Assembly: GCA_965213675.1 (NCBI GenBank) | Contig: OZ243916.1 | Span: 3,168,001 to 3,232,000, forward strand | DNA length: 64,000 nucleotides | Source: an uncultured Candidatus Binatia bacterium | GTDB lineage: Bacteria; Desulfobacterota; Binatia; UBA9968; JAJDTQ01 | Direction of reading: 5' to 3' | Shown here: positions 48,805 to 61,531 of the stretch, piece by piece | How the letters are laid out: every line of letters begins with the position of its first letter | How positions within the stretch are numbered: the first letter of the stretch is position 1 | Translations under genes and position numbers: made by a program | Notes under the pieces: generated by a model | What the model was told of the DNA's origin: nothing | Seen by the model: only the letters and a program-made list of their open reading frames with translations | The model's database searches: none

Positions 48805-48967
48805 GGCCTGTCCTCTACGATGAAAATATCGTTAAATCAACCATTTGTGTGGATATAGTCCAAGTTCCGACCCCGGATCGGGGCGTACTCCGCCGACGTC
48901 ACGGCCACCGGCGGCGCAAGCTCCCAGGTCCGACGCCGCGCGTACCCCGGCGCCGGGCGCGCCCGGG

Positions 48968-49573
48968 TCAAGCGTCCACGGAATCCGTCAAGCGGGTGGC
49001 GCCGGCTTCGGTGACGAGCCGTTCCAGCCTGTCGTACGGTTCGGCGCCGACGATGGCCAAGCCCTCCGACAGGTACGTGGGCACCCCGCGTACGCCCAGG
49101 GAATGGCAGCGCTGCCAGTCGTCGTTGACCTCCTGCTGGAAGGTCCGGTCGGACAGGACCCGGCGCGCTTCCTCCACCGGCAGGCCCGCCTCTTCCACCA
49201 GTCGGAGCAGGGCCTCCGGCTCCCCGATGTTCGCCGCGTCGACGAAGTAGGCGCGGAACACCGCGTCGTTGAAGGCGTCTTCCCGGCCCTCGCGCTTGGC
49301 CCATTTCGCCAGTTCCTGGGCCAGCCGGCTGTTGTAGCTGAACTTCCGCTCCGTGAACGGCAGGCCCTCGCGCGCGAGCATGGCATCCACCCGGCTGGGA
49401 CCGCTCATGTTGCGCGGCTTGCCTTCGGTGGGAGTTTCGGGGTGCAGCGGGAACTGAGTGTAGACGACGTCGAGATCGTAATTGTGCCTGAGTTTCTCAA
49501 TACGCCCGGTACTGAGATAGCACCACGGTCAGACGAAGTCGGAGAAGACCTCCAGTGTCACTCGATCAGCCAT
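48968..49573 (-). CDS. DsbA/FrnE-family oxidoreductase, probable selenoprotein (U15-P-W-C18)
   Basis: AGGAG SD, ATG 49573, MADRVTLEVFSDFV-TGA-PWCY continuing in frame through FPLHPETP into ORF 48968-49408 (GVRGVPT, GAEP). Confidence 0.88.
49495..49517 (-). promoter_or_regulatory. SECIS-like hairpin
   Basis: mRNA UCUCAGUAC-CGGGC-GUAUUGAGA; apical loop begins 20 nt after the UGA. Confidence 0.65.
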
Positions 49574-49915
49574 CGGCATCTCCTTTCCCGCGCTCCGCGG
49601 GGTTTCCATGCGCATCCAAAAGTGGCGCCATGGTATCAGATCGGGCTTGGCCGTGCGACCGGATCACGGCGAAACACAAGGTCCTCCACCGTTCGCCGAA
49701 CGCCCTTATCAGCGCTCACTCCGCGGTCAGTGTGGAGGCCGCCGGCCTCACCGGGTTGTCGATCTTCGCCCCGCGATCCCGCTCGACCGGCGCGATGTCG
49801 TGCTGGCTCTGGAGTGCGAGCCAGAAACCGGGGAGATTGCCGAAGTCGCGCCGTGGCCGGATGGACTGGTTTTGACGGATGGCCTTCGGTACCATGAGGA
49901 CTCGCCGGAGGGGAC

Positions 49916-51376
49916 ATGAGCGAGATACGATTCATCGACACCACCCTGAGGGACGGGCATTTGAGCCTGTGGGCGCTGCGCATGCGCATTGGTCACATGC
50001 TGGGCGCCGCCCGGCAGTTGGACCGCTGCGGCTTCGAGTCCATGGAGTTCTTCGGCTTTGCGAGCATCATCAAGCAGGTGCGCGAGCTCAAGGAGAACCC
50101 TTGGGACTGGGTGCGGCTGGGGGTCCGGGAGTTTTCCAGGACGCGGCTGCGCTACCACGGCGGCCTTGGCTCGGGGTTCGAGCCCATCCCCGCGTGCGTG
50201 ATCCGGCTCGTGCTGGAGCGCGTCATTGCCCACGGCATCACCCTCACGCGCTCGTCCAACCCGTGGAACGACTACGCCGTGCTGGCCAGGGAGATCGAGA
50301 CCTTGGGCAGGATGGGCATGGAGGTGGTGGCCAACGTCATCTACTCGGTTTCCCCCAAGCACACCAACGAGTACTACGAACGCAAGGTGCGGGAGCTGGC
50401 GGCGCTGCGGCCGTACCGGATCTGCTTCAAGGACGTCGGCGGGTTGCTGACGCCGGACCGCACCCGCGAGATGCTCCAATTGGTCATGGCCAATGCCGGC
50501 GACATCCCGCTGGAGTTCCACGCCCACTGCAACAACGGTCTCGCGCCCTTGAACTACGTCGAAGCCCTGAAACTCGGCATAAAGACGCTGCACACCTCCA
50601 TACCTCCCCTGGCCAACGGCTCCGCCCAACCTTCCATCTTCAACGTGGCGGCCAACGCCCAGGCCATGGGATTGACGCCCCGGGTGGACTTGGAGGCGGT
50701 GAAACCCGTGGAGGAACACTTCACCCGCGTGGCGCGCCGGGAGGGCTTCCCGTCCGGCTCACCGCGGGAGTACGATCACGCCCAGTACCGCCACCAAGTG
50801 CCCGGCGGCATGATTTCCAACCTGCGTTACCAACTCGGCGCCGTGGGCATGGGCGACCGGCTGGAAGAGACCCTGGAGGAAGCCGGCCGTGTGCGCGAGG
50901 AATTCGGCCACCCCATCATGGTCACGCCGCTGGCCCAGTTCGTCGGTACTCAGGCGGCGGTCAACGTCATGGTGGGTGAGCGCTACAAGGAGGTCACCGA
51001 CCAGAGCATCCAGTACGCGCTGGGGCATTGGGGAGAGGAGGGCGCGCGTCTCATGGACCCGGAGGTCAAGGACAGGATCCTGAGTCGCCCGCGGGCGCGG
51101 GAGTGGAGTTCCTGGGTCCGGCCCGAGCCCACGCTGGACGAGGTGCGGCAACGGTTCGGCGGCCCGGGCGTCTCGGATGAGGAAATGGTGCTCCGGGTCA
51201 TCGCCGGCGCGGACTCGGTCGACGCCATGTTGCGCGCTGGCGCCCCCAGGGCATTCCTTGACGCCGGCCGTCCGGTTTCCGCGCTGCTCAAGCAACTCGC
51301 CGGCGCCCGCGAACTCCGGCAGGTCCACATCCGGCAGGGCGGCCTGTCCATGCACTTGGGACAGAGCGAAGGCTGA
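49916..51376 (+). CDS. Pyruvate carboxylase B / oxaloacetate decarboxylase alpha-like carboxyltransferase (no biotinyl domain)
   Basis: DTTLRDGH, ENPW, KDVGG, HAH, HQVPGGMISNL, MVTPLAQFVGTQA. Confidence 0.85.
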   Translation: MSEIRFIDTTLRDGHLSLWALRMRIGHMLGAARQLDRCGFESMEFFGFASIIKQVRELKENPWDWVRLGVREFSRTRLRYHGGLGSGFEPIPACVIRLVLERVIAHGITLTRSSNPWNDYAVLAREIETLGRMGMEVVANVIYSVSPKHTNEYYERKVRELAALRPYRICFKDVGGLLTPDRTREMLQLVMANAGDIPLEFHAHCNNGLAPLNYVEALKLGIKTLHTSIPPLANGSAQPSIFNVAANAQAMGLTPRVDLEAVKPVEEHFTRVARREGFPSGSPREYDHAQYRHQVPGGMISNLRYQLGAVGMGDRLEETLEEAGRVREEFGHPIMVTPLAQFVGTQAAVNVMVGERYKEVTDQSIQYALGHWGEEGARLMDPEVKDRILSRPRAREWSSWVRPEPTLDEVRQRFGGPGVSDEEMVLRVIAGADSVDAMLRAGAPRAFLDAGRPVSALLKQLAGARELRQVHIRQGGLSMHLGQSEG

Positions 51377-51450
51377 CCGCCGGCGCGTCCACACGACCGG
51401 CGTCCCTGGACTGCGCCGCGCGAAGTCGAAGCCATCCGGCAGGAGCACCC

Positions 51451-51966
51451 GTGAAGTTCAACGACCGCACCCTGTTTACCCTTGGCGTCTTCGTCGTCGT
51501 GCTCGGCTTTCTTGTCCTGGCCCTGGGCTACCAGCCGCGCGCCCGCTTGGTGCCGCTCATCATCGCCGTCCCCACCCTGCTGCTGACCCTTTTCCAGTTT
51601 CTGATCGACGCCATCCCCGCGGTCGGCCGCCGTTTCAGCTTTTTCCAGGAATACGATCTCTTCGGCATCGATGCTGGGCGCGCCGCCGAACCCGCCGCGG
51701 ACAGCCGCTCATCCGGCAGTGTCTTCCGCCGCGAGCTCAGCTTCGCCTCGTGGCTCTTGCTCCTCGTGGCGTTGATCTATTTCATCGGCTACCTCGCCGC
51801 CATCCCCCTCTTCATGATCCTGTTCATGCGCCTGCGCACCTCCGAGCGTTGGCTCATCACCCTCTCCATCACCGCCGTCACGTGGGCGTTCGTCTACGTC
51901 GTTTTCATCCTCGTGATGGGCGCCCCCTTGCACGAGGGGGTCGTGTGGAACGCGATGGGATTGTGA
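51451..51966 (+). CDS. TctB-family small membrane subunit
   Basis: Four to five TM segments, ARLVP, IGYLAAIPLF; 171 aa. Confidence 0.72.
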   Translation: MKFNDRTLFTLGVFVVVLGFLVLALGYQPRARLVPLIIAVPTLLLTLFQFLIDAIPAVGRRFSFFQEYDLFGIDAGRAAEPAADSRSSGSVFRRELSFASWLLLLVALIYFIGYLAAIPLFMILFMRLRTSERWLITLSITAVTWAFVYVVFILVMGAPLHEGVVWNAMGL

Positions 51967-52049
51967 CGGGTTGCCGGCGCCATGCGGCTGAAAACGCTTC
52001 CCCGTTGACAGTGCCTAAGATGACCTTGCCCGTACGTAAGCCCGAACGA

Positions 52050-52262
52050 CGTTTCCCTCAGGCTGGTTAGCGCGCAAGAACGCAGAGCGCCGAGTCAGAT
52101 CAACGCAGTGCTCGCGGGCGTCCCCGCAACTCCAGCCAACTCCACCGTATGCGGCGCCCGGTTCGGCTACCGTGTCCACGGAGGTAGAATCGCAGGGATA
52201 GCGCCCGTGAGCGTCGTGCAGATGAGGCGTTCAAGGGCGCGTTCGGAAGTGTCGGTGGTCAT
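52050..52262 (-). pseudogene. hsdR: Type I restriction HsdR N-terminal remnant
   Basis: ATG overlapping the darG stop gives MTTDTSERALERLICTTLTG, then after a frameshift PCD...YGGVGWSCGD..EHCVDL...AFLRANQPE; similarity then ends. Confidence 0.65.
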
Positions 52263-53326
52263 GCGTCAGCGGGAAGAGCCACGGGTTCGATCCAGCTCTT
52301 CTTCGCGAGCACATCGGCGGCCAACTTGATCTGGCGGGCCGAGAATTGCTTCTTGCGATCATTCCAGCCGTAGACGCGCGAGATCAGGTCGTCAAGGTTG
52401 CAGGCAGATTCCTCCGTAGTCACCCAATGCACCGTTGATAGAAGCTCGAGGCCAAAAGACGACTCGAAGCCTGCGACCAGATCAGCTACGCGGTCAAATC
52501 GGCCGCGTGTGTCGGGATGGTTCTCCAGGACCGCGTTGGCATCGGCGACTGCGCCCGGCACCAGCTCGAGTTGTTTGTTCGGCCGGTCGCCGCCGTCGCG
52601 GTGGCCCGAGATGAAATACCCCTCAATCTCGCGAAGCACGTGGGTCAGATTCTCCGCGTAGGGACCGTAAAGACCCTTCACCACCCGAAGCTTGTCCATA
52701 GCTGGTTCTCCGCTGACCTTCATGAAATACATCAGCTTATGGACTTCGAGCAGGGTCACGAACGGGTCGAGAAGACCTCTGAGATAACGGTCCATCAGCC
52801 CCACGAGCGCTGCGCGGCCAGGCGTCATCTTGGGCGCCGACCGGCGCTTGGGCATTTGTTGAGTCTCCGGCGCCCCACCGGGCTCGAAGACCACGATACG
52901 CAAGTCTTCGAGATCCCGTAGCGCTTCTGCGATCCTTGAGCGCACATTGCTCCAGTTCAATCCACCCAGCCCGCTACCGAGTGGAGGAATGGCAATGGAG
53001 AGAATATCATTCTCACGGATGACCTCCCGCAGCGCCTTCAGCCCTGCGTCAATGTCCTCCACTCGGCTCTTTCCGCGCCAGTGGCGCTTGGTTGGGAAAT
53101 TGATGATGTAGCGCGGGTTGGTCAGTTGGCCGGTCTCGAACACGACCATGCGTCCCGGCTCCACCTCGTGACGCTTGCAGGCATCGGCGTAGGCCTTGAA
53201 GTTGTCCGGGAAGGCGTTCTTGAACTGGAGCGCGATCCCGCGCCCCATCACCCCCACGCAATTCACCGTGTTCACCAAGGCGTCCGCGTCTTCAGCGAGA
53301 ATGTCGCCCGTCTTGAATTCGAGCAT
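52259..53326 (-). CDS. darG: DarG macrodomain antitoxin (DNA ADP-ribosylglycohydrolase)
   Basis: GDI, NTVNCVGVMGRGIA, IINFPTKRHWR, PPLGSGLGGL; C-terminal KLMYF, YGPYA, GLELLSTVHW. Confidence 0.92.
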   Translation of the reverse strand: MLEFKTGDILAEDADALVNTVNCVGVMGRGIALQFKNAFPDNFKAYADACKRHEVEPGRMVVFETGQLTNPRYIINFPTKRHWRGKSRVEDIDAGLKALREVIRENDILSIAIPPLGSGLGGLNWSNVRSRIAEALRDLEDLRIVVFEPGGAPETQQMPKRRSAPKMTPGRAALVGLMDRYLRGLLDPFVTLLEVHKLMYFMKVSGEPAMDKLRVVKGLYGPYAENLTHVLREIEGYFISGHRDGGDRPNKQLELVPGAVADANAVLENHPDTRGRFDRVADLVAGFESSFGLELLSTVHWVTTEESACNLDDLISRVYGWNDRKKQFSARQIKLAADVLAKKSWIEPVALPADA

Positions 53327-53342
53327 CCTTACCTCCCGCCTG

Positions 53343-53607
53343 TCAGTAGTACCATCCAGACATTATCGCAAGATGCGGCTGGTGTTTTTCAGCCGCCAAC
53401 GCCGCCCGGACTTCTGTATAGAAGCGCTGCGAACTGACCCCGATGCGCCTGATCAATTCCCAAGGAAACGAGCGCTCCAAGAGGAATTCTGCCTGCTTCG
53501 GTTCGTCGCGCCATCTCTGCGTCGCACCAGATGTAGCCGTCAGCGATGATCGAGGGCAGGCGGTCGACATGCACGATGTGGTAGATTTTGGGTGACGCAG
53601 GCGGCAT
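53343..53607 (-). pseudogene. darT: DarT (DUF4433) toxin with internal deletion and frameshift
   Basis: N-terminus KIYHIVHVDRLPSIIADG joined out of frame to C-terminus KQAEFLL..SFPWELIRRIGV...WYY; only 265 bp. Confidence 0.85.
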
Positions 53608-53609
53608 TG

Positions 53610-53975
53610 TCAGTCCTCAAGGTGCGCCACGGCTTCCTTGCGGTTGAATGCGGGCTGTTCAATTTCCTCTATGGAATCGTCCAAGTCGTCATCGTCTGCA
53701 AGCGAGCCGACTTTTGGTAACGCAGCGGCCCCTTCACGCGCATCAAGCTTGCCCGCGACAACATCGGCGATCGGGCGGGCACGGTACTCGCGTATCAATT
53801 CTATTTCGGCGGGCGTGAGAAACCGTGAGGTCTGCTTGGCTCAGTACAGCATCAAGAAAGCTCACTAACGACCCTTGGCTTCGCCATAGGCGGGAATGGA
53901 AAGCGGTGTGCTCCCACCCAATTGATGGCGCTTGTTGATGATTTCTTGGAAGCGAGCCTGAAATGTGCAAGCCGG
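53610..53975 (-). pseudogene. hsdS: Type I restriction HsdS C-terminal remnant
   Basis: Across three frames: RFPFPP, VSFLDAVL...HARR, IELIREYRARPIADVVAGKLDARE. Confidence 0.75.
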
Positions 53976-54060
53976 GACAAGGATCGATGACCGGGATTCC
54001 GGGTCACCTTGGCGCTGGCAACGGTGAAGCGCGCCCGGTCGAAGGCACGAGATGGTTCCC

Positions 54061-54088
54061 GCAGGGGCGACCGTGCGGTCGCCCCTGC
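54061..54088. repeat. REP palindrome variant
   Basis: gcaggggcgacc-gtgc-ggtcgcccctgc; compensatory GCAG/CTGC ends versus GTAG/CTAC at 2773. Confidence 0.6.
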
Positions 54089-54129
54089 AAGTGGGGAAGG
54101 GATTCGACGCCGCCCTTCGGCGTGGCGCT

Positions 54130-54606
54130 CTACGCCGAGGTCAGCTTCCAGGTGCCGTCGGGCTGCCGGCACGCGGTGCCGTAGGCTTCCTCGGTGCGGC
54201 CGCCGATGGTGACGGTTTGGGTGAACTCCCGGCAGTAGGTCCCGTCGTTGCGCTTGAAGGTCTTGCGCGGCGTGATGGAGCCTTGGTTGCCGGAATCGGG
54301 GTTCTTCCACGTGGTGGTCTCCCCCACGGTCGCCGTCTCCAGTGAACTCTGCGTCGCCCGCTCCAGGGCGAGCCTGTCTGTATGGTCGAGCGATTTGCCG
54401 ATCTCGTTGCCGATGGCTGCGCCGAGGAGGGTGCCGATTCCCGTGGCAACGAGATTCCCGCGCCCCTTGCCCACCTGAGCTCCGGCGATGCCGCCGGCAA
54501 CCGCGCCCAGCAGTGTGCCGGCGGTTTGCTTCTCGCCGGCCCCAGTCAGGCAGCCGGAAAGCGATACGGCCAATAAACCGACCAGTGCCAATCTCAATAC
54601 GTACAT
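54130..54606 (-). CDS. 17-kDa surface antigen-like lipoprotein (RT0821/Lpp0805 family, glycine zipper)
   Basis: Lipobox LSGC, glycine zipper, WKNPDSGN, YCREFTQTV, GTACRQPDGTW. Confidence 0.9.
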   Translation of the reverse strand: MYVLRLALVGLLAVSLSGCLTGAGEKQTAGTLLGAVAGGIAGAQVGKGRGNLVATGIGTLLGAAIGNEIGKSLDHTDRLALERATQSSLETATVGETTTWKNPDSGNQGSITPRKTFKRNDGTYCREFTQTVTIGGRTEEAYGTACRQPDGTWKLTSA

Positions 54607-54756
54607 GGGTTCTCCTTGATTGTGGTCTGTACTCGACCCGGCTCAGTCGCCGGCTTCACTGCCCGAAGCAATCGATTGTCGATGCCCGGGGCGGCTGCCC
54701 ATCTACCCACTTATTTTTCCAGAACGCCGGTCAGAGTCAAGCCCGTGTCTGCCTCC

Positions 54757-58029
<3,273 letters not shown>

Positions 58030-58051
58030 GGGCCTGGGCGTTCTTGATCGT

Positions 58052-59566
58052 CTAGGGTGCGTCTGGCAGTGAACGCCGTTGCCATGCGCGCTTGAGCGGC
58101 GCCAGCAGCGGGAGGGCCAGGGCCGCCAGGATGAGCAGGGTCAGCACCAGCGAGATGGGACGGGTGACGAAGATCAGGAAGCCCGTGTCCGAGATCAGCA
58201 GCGTCTGGAACAGCGACACCTCGGCGATTTCCCCGAGCACGTAGGCGAGGATGAAGGTGATGAAGGAGTAGTTGTACTTTTTCATGCCGTAGCCGATGAA
58301 GCCGAACACGAGCACGGCGAACGCGTCCAGGAGATTGTTGCGCAGCACGAAGGCGCCGACGAAGCTGATGACCAGGACGATGGGGATGATGAGCGTAACC
58401 CGGATCCGCGTGATCTTGACGAGCTGGTTGGCGAAGAGGAGCCCCAGGATGGACGTCCACACGTTGGCGGCGATCAGCGCCAGCACCAGGGTGAAGACCG
58501 TGGCCTGGTGCGTGGTCAGCAGTTCCTTGCCCGGGTTCAATCCGAGCAGCAGCAGCCCCACCAGCAGGATGGCGTGGGGCGCGCTCCCAGGGATGCCGAA
58601 GGCCACGGTGGGCAGCAGCGCGCCGCCGTCCTTGGCGTCGTTGGCGGCTTCGGGCGCGAGCACGCCCTCGGGCGCGCCACGGCCGAAGTTTGCGCGGTTG
58701 GGCGAGGTGGCCTGGCCCTGGGCGTACGACAGGAAGGCCGCCACGTTGGCGCCGACCCCGGGAATGATCCCCACCACGCAGCCGATGGCGGCGCTCCTGA
58801 TGAGCAGAAAGAAATTGGACAACACGAAGCGAATGCCGTCGAGGACGTCCCGCGTCGTGGCGCGCTCTACGTTGCCCTGCTGTACCAGTTCATCTCCCTT
58901 GACGGCCAGGAAGAACATTTCGGACACGGCGAAGATGCCGATGGCGATTACCCCGGTGTGGACGCCGTCCCACAGGTAGAGAAGGTCGAAGGTGAAACGC
59001 ATGTCGCCGGTGATGGGAGAATACCCGATGAAGGCCACGAGGAACCCCAGGCCCGCGGAGATGAGTCCCTTGATCGGTTCGCTCTGGGTCAGCGATGCGA
59101 TCAGGCTGATGCCCAGCAGCGCCATGAGAAAGAACTCCGGCGGGCCGAAGGAGAACACCACGGAGCGCACCACCGGCAGGAGCAGCAGAAAGATCGCGTA
59201 GCCGAACACGGACCCCAGGGCCGACGCCGTCGCGGAAATGGCGAGGGCGTAGCCGGCGCGGCCCTGCCGGGCCAGCGGGTGCCCGTCGAAGACCGTGGCG
59301 ATGTTGGCGACGGTGCCGGGGACGTTGAGCAGGATGGCGGAGATGGAGCCGCCGAAGGTGATGCCGCCGATGGAAGCGGCGAAGACCATCATGGCCAGCT
59401 TCGTTTCCATCGCCATGATGACGGGAAGCGACAGCGTCAGGATGACGATGCCGCCCAAGCCGGGCAGGGCGCCGAAGAGCATGCTCACCGTGACGCCGAG
59501 AAGCACTACCAGGACGTTGGGAAACCCGAAAACGTTGAGCAGCGCTTCGCCGATGGCCTCAATCAC
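58052..59566 (-). CDS. tctA: TctA-family tripartite tricarboxylate transporter large subunit
   Basis: GALPGLG, FGGSISAILLNVPGT, DGHPLA, PEAANDA, GIPGS. Confidence 0.9.
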   Translation of the reverse strand: MIEAIGEALLNVFGFPNVLVVLLGVTVSMLFGALPGLGGIVILTLSLPVIMAMETKLAMMVFAASIGGITFGGSISAILLNVPGTVANIATVFDGHPLARQGRAGYALAISATASALGSVFGYAIFLLLLPVVRSVVFSFGPPEFFLMALLGISLIASLTQSEPIKGLISAGLGFLVAFIGYSPITGDMRFTFDLLYLWDGVHTGVIAIGIFAVSEMFFLAVKGDELVQQGNVERATTRDVLDGIRFVLSNFFLLIRSAAIGCVVGIIPGVGANVAAFLSYAQGQATSPNRANFGRGAPEGVLAPEAANDAKDGGALLPTVAFGIPGSAPHAILLVGLLLLGLNPGKELLTTHQATVFTLVLALIAANVWTSILGLLFANQLVKITRIRVTLIIPIVLVISFVGAFVLRNNLLDAFAVLVFGFIGYGMKKYNYSFITFILAYVLGEIAEVSLFQTLLISDTGFLIFVTRPISLVLTLLILAALALPLLAPLKRAWQRRSLPDAP

Positions 59567-59693
59567 GGAGCAACTCTTTCAGCGCCTGGTGTCGTGGGTG
59601 GAGCGCGCGGCTTGCCGCCGCCCGGACCGGCCAGGATGCGCGGAATGGACAATCCGCCAGGCATCCGGACCGGACGGTGCGGCAGGAGGCTTG

Positions 59694-59726
59694 GAGCCTA
59701 TTTCGAGCCTATTTCGAGCCTATTTC
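59694..59726. repeat. Triple tandem 11-mer covering the tctC stop
   Basis: gagcctatttc x3. Confidence 0.75.
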
Positions 59727-60733
59727 TTTTGCTGTGCCTTGTAGAGAGCGATCAGGTTCGCGTAGTCCTTGATGAGGTTGTTCACGAGCGTCGCCGTCTC
59801 CTTCCCGGTGGCGGGGGCGTGGATGACCTGAGCCTTGCTCTCCAACTCGGCCTTGGACTCGGAGATGACTTCGTGCACGGCGTGGCTCAGCACGTCCGCG
59901 ATGGCCTGCGGCACATTGGGCGGAGCCGCCACGAGAATGTACAGGATGCCGCCGGGCATGAGGTCCTTGCGCCCGAGGGCCTCGGCGGAAGGTACGTCCG
60001 GAAAGAACGGATCCTTGTCCTTCTCCGACGAAAGCTGGACCAGACCGCGGACCTCCCCGGACTTGATGAACGTGACCACGCCGCCGGTGGTCTTGATGGT
60101 CGTGTCCACGTCGCCGCGGGCTACCGCCACCACCAGCGAACGTCCGCTCTTGTATCCGGTCACATCCTTCACGCCGATGCCCGTCTTGTCGATGATGTTG
60201 GCCAGCACGAAGGAGCCTGCTGAAGCCGGCCCCACGGACGACACTTTCAGCGGCCGCTTCTTGCCTTCCGCGATGAGGTCGTCGAGCGTCTTGATGGGAG
60301 AGTCTCCCTTCACGAAGAGGAAACGGGGCGCGGTGGTGATCTTCGCCAGATAGGTGAACCTGGAGAGGTCGAAGCCCACGTCCCGTGTTGCGGATTGCGC
60401 CAGTCCGCCCGCCGGCAACATGCTGCCGATGACGCTGCCGTCCGCGGGCGAGCCGTATAGCCGCTTCGTTCCCACGGTGCCGCCGGCTCCCGGCAGACTC
60501 ACCACCTTGACTTCCTTGACGCCGTGGCCTTCGAGTTTCTTCTGCAACTTCGGCGCCAGCAGCAGCGCCGACGTCCCGGTGCCGCCGCCAAGCCCGAAAG
60601 GCACAATCCAGGTGATCTTGCCCGGCAGCTTCTCGGCGCCGGCGGCGGAGCCCGCGAGCACGCACAGAAGCATCGCGGCCGCGACGGCGCCGGCCCGCAT
60701 CAACGATTTTCGCAAACTCGTCCCTCGTTGCAT
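59720..60733 (-). CDS. tctC: TctC/Bug-family substrate-binding protein
   Basis: Signal peptide; IVPFGLGGGT, PGAGGTVG, PDVPS, APPNVP. Confidence 0.85.
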   Translation of the reverse strand: MQRGTSLRKSLMRAGAVAAAMLLCVLAGSAAGAEKLPGKITWIVPFGLGGGTGTSALLLAPKLQKKLEGHGVKEVKVVSLPGAGGTVGTKRLYGSPADGSVIGSMLPAGGLAQSATRDVGFDLSRFTYLAKITTAPRFLFVKGDSPIKTLDDLIAEGKKRPLKVSSVGPASAGSFVLANIIDKTGIGVKDVTGYKSGRSLVVAVARGDVDTTIKTTGGVVTFIKSGEVRGLVQLSSEKDKDPFFPDVPSAEALGRKDLMPGGILYILVAAPPNVPQAIADVLSHAVHEVISESKAELESKAQVIHAPATGKETATLVNNLIKDYANLIALYKAQQKK

Positions 60734-60942
60734 GGTTCACCTCCGTGGCAAACTTGCCACAAAAACCGGGTGACGCGCGTCCAGCGCGCCGTGCGTGTGC
60801 CATTGTCGCCCTTGTCCTTCGCCCTTGTCCTGCCGCGCACACCCGCCGGGGTTATCACAGGAGCCTCGTGCTTTGCAATTTGTCGGCCGTCGCCTCGACT
60901 GTGGCCCCGGTGGGTGCATGGAACCTGCGGACAGGTGTGCGG

Positions 60943-61230
60943 TCAGATGGTCTCGGCCACGTAGTAGTCGCCGGTGCCCGGTTTGGTCTGCCAAGGATCG
61001 ATGGTCTGGCGAAACTTCACGTGGGGCGGCGTGCCGCGCCAGCGCTCGTGGTGTTCACGGGTTTCCCAGTGGAGCAGGACCATGACCCTGGAAGGGTCGT
61101 CGTCGCTGCACATGATGAAGCCACCGTGGCATCCGGCCTCCTTGCTCGACTGAATGGCTTCCTTGTAGGCCTTCACGTACTCGTCGCGTTTGTCCGGATC
61201 GACGGTCTGGAATCGCACCTCATAGATCAT
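60943..61230 (-). CDS. ABM (antibiotic biosynthesis monooxygenase)-like dimeric alpha/beta-barrel protein
   Basis: SD GGAGG; 95 aa with GC.G, DPSRVMVLLHWET.EHH..W...PH. Confidence 0.75.
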   Translation of the reverse strand: MIYEVRFQTVDPDKRDEYVKAYKEAIQSSKEAGCHGGFIMCSDDDPSRVMVLLHWETREHHERWRGTPPHVKFRQTIDPWQTKPGTGDYYVAETI

Positions 61231-61377
61231 GGTGGCACCTCCTTTGACGGCTGTTGCGGGGCGTCCGGCCCGAAGAATTTCAGGATGACTCACGTTGACT
61301 TTCGGCCGCCGCGCAATGATATAAGGACGCGAGCCGTTTGTCTTGCGGGCGGACGTGCACGCCGGAAGGGCGGGGGC

Positions 61378-61406
61378 GTCCTTCGACAAGCTCAGGACAA
61401 GCTTCG
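61378..61406. repeat. CTTCGACAAGCTCAGG-type interspersed palindromic repeat
   Basis: gtccttcgacaagctcaggacaagcttcg, a motif I recognise as a widespread intergenic repeat; single copy here. Confidence 0.45.
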
Positions 61407-61531
61407 CGGAGTGAAGTCGAACGAAGCGAAGTCGGCGGACGCCTTGCCGGCGACCCACAGTCCTGCGCAACTTTCCGCAGAAAATTGCGGGACACGGCAC
61501 TGCGGAGGTTCGGGGGAAAGGAGCCTTTTCC

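Noticed and set aside
48968-49573. DsbA gene as a nonsense pseudogene
   Set aside because: The only stop is TGA precisely at the catalytic Cys position with a SECIS-like hairpin; Sec recoding is more parsimonious
49580-49915. Short ORFs between the selenoprotein and the carboxyltransferase
   Set aside because: No motifs or SD; likely a divergent promoter region
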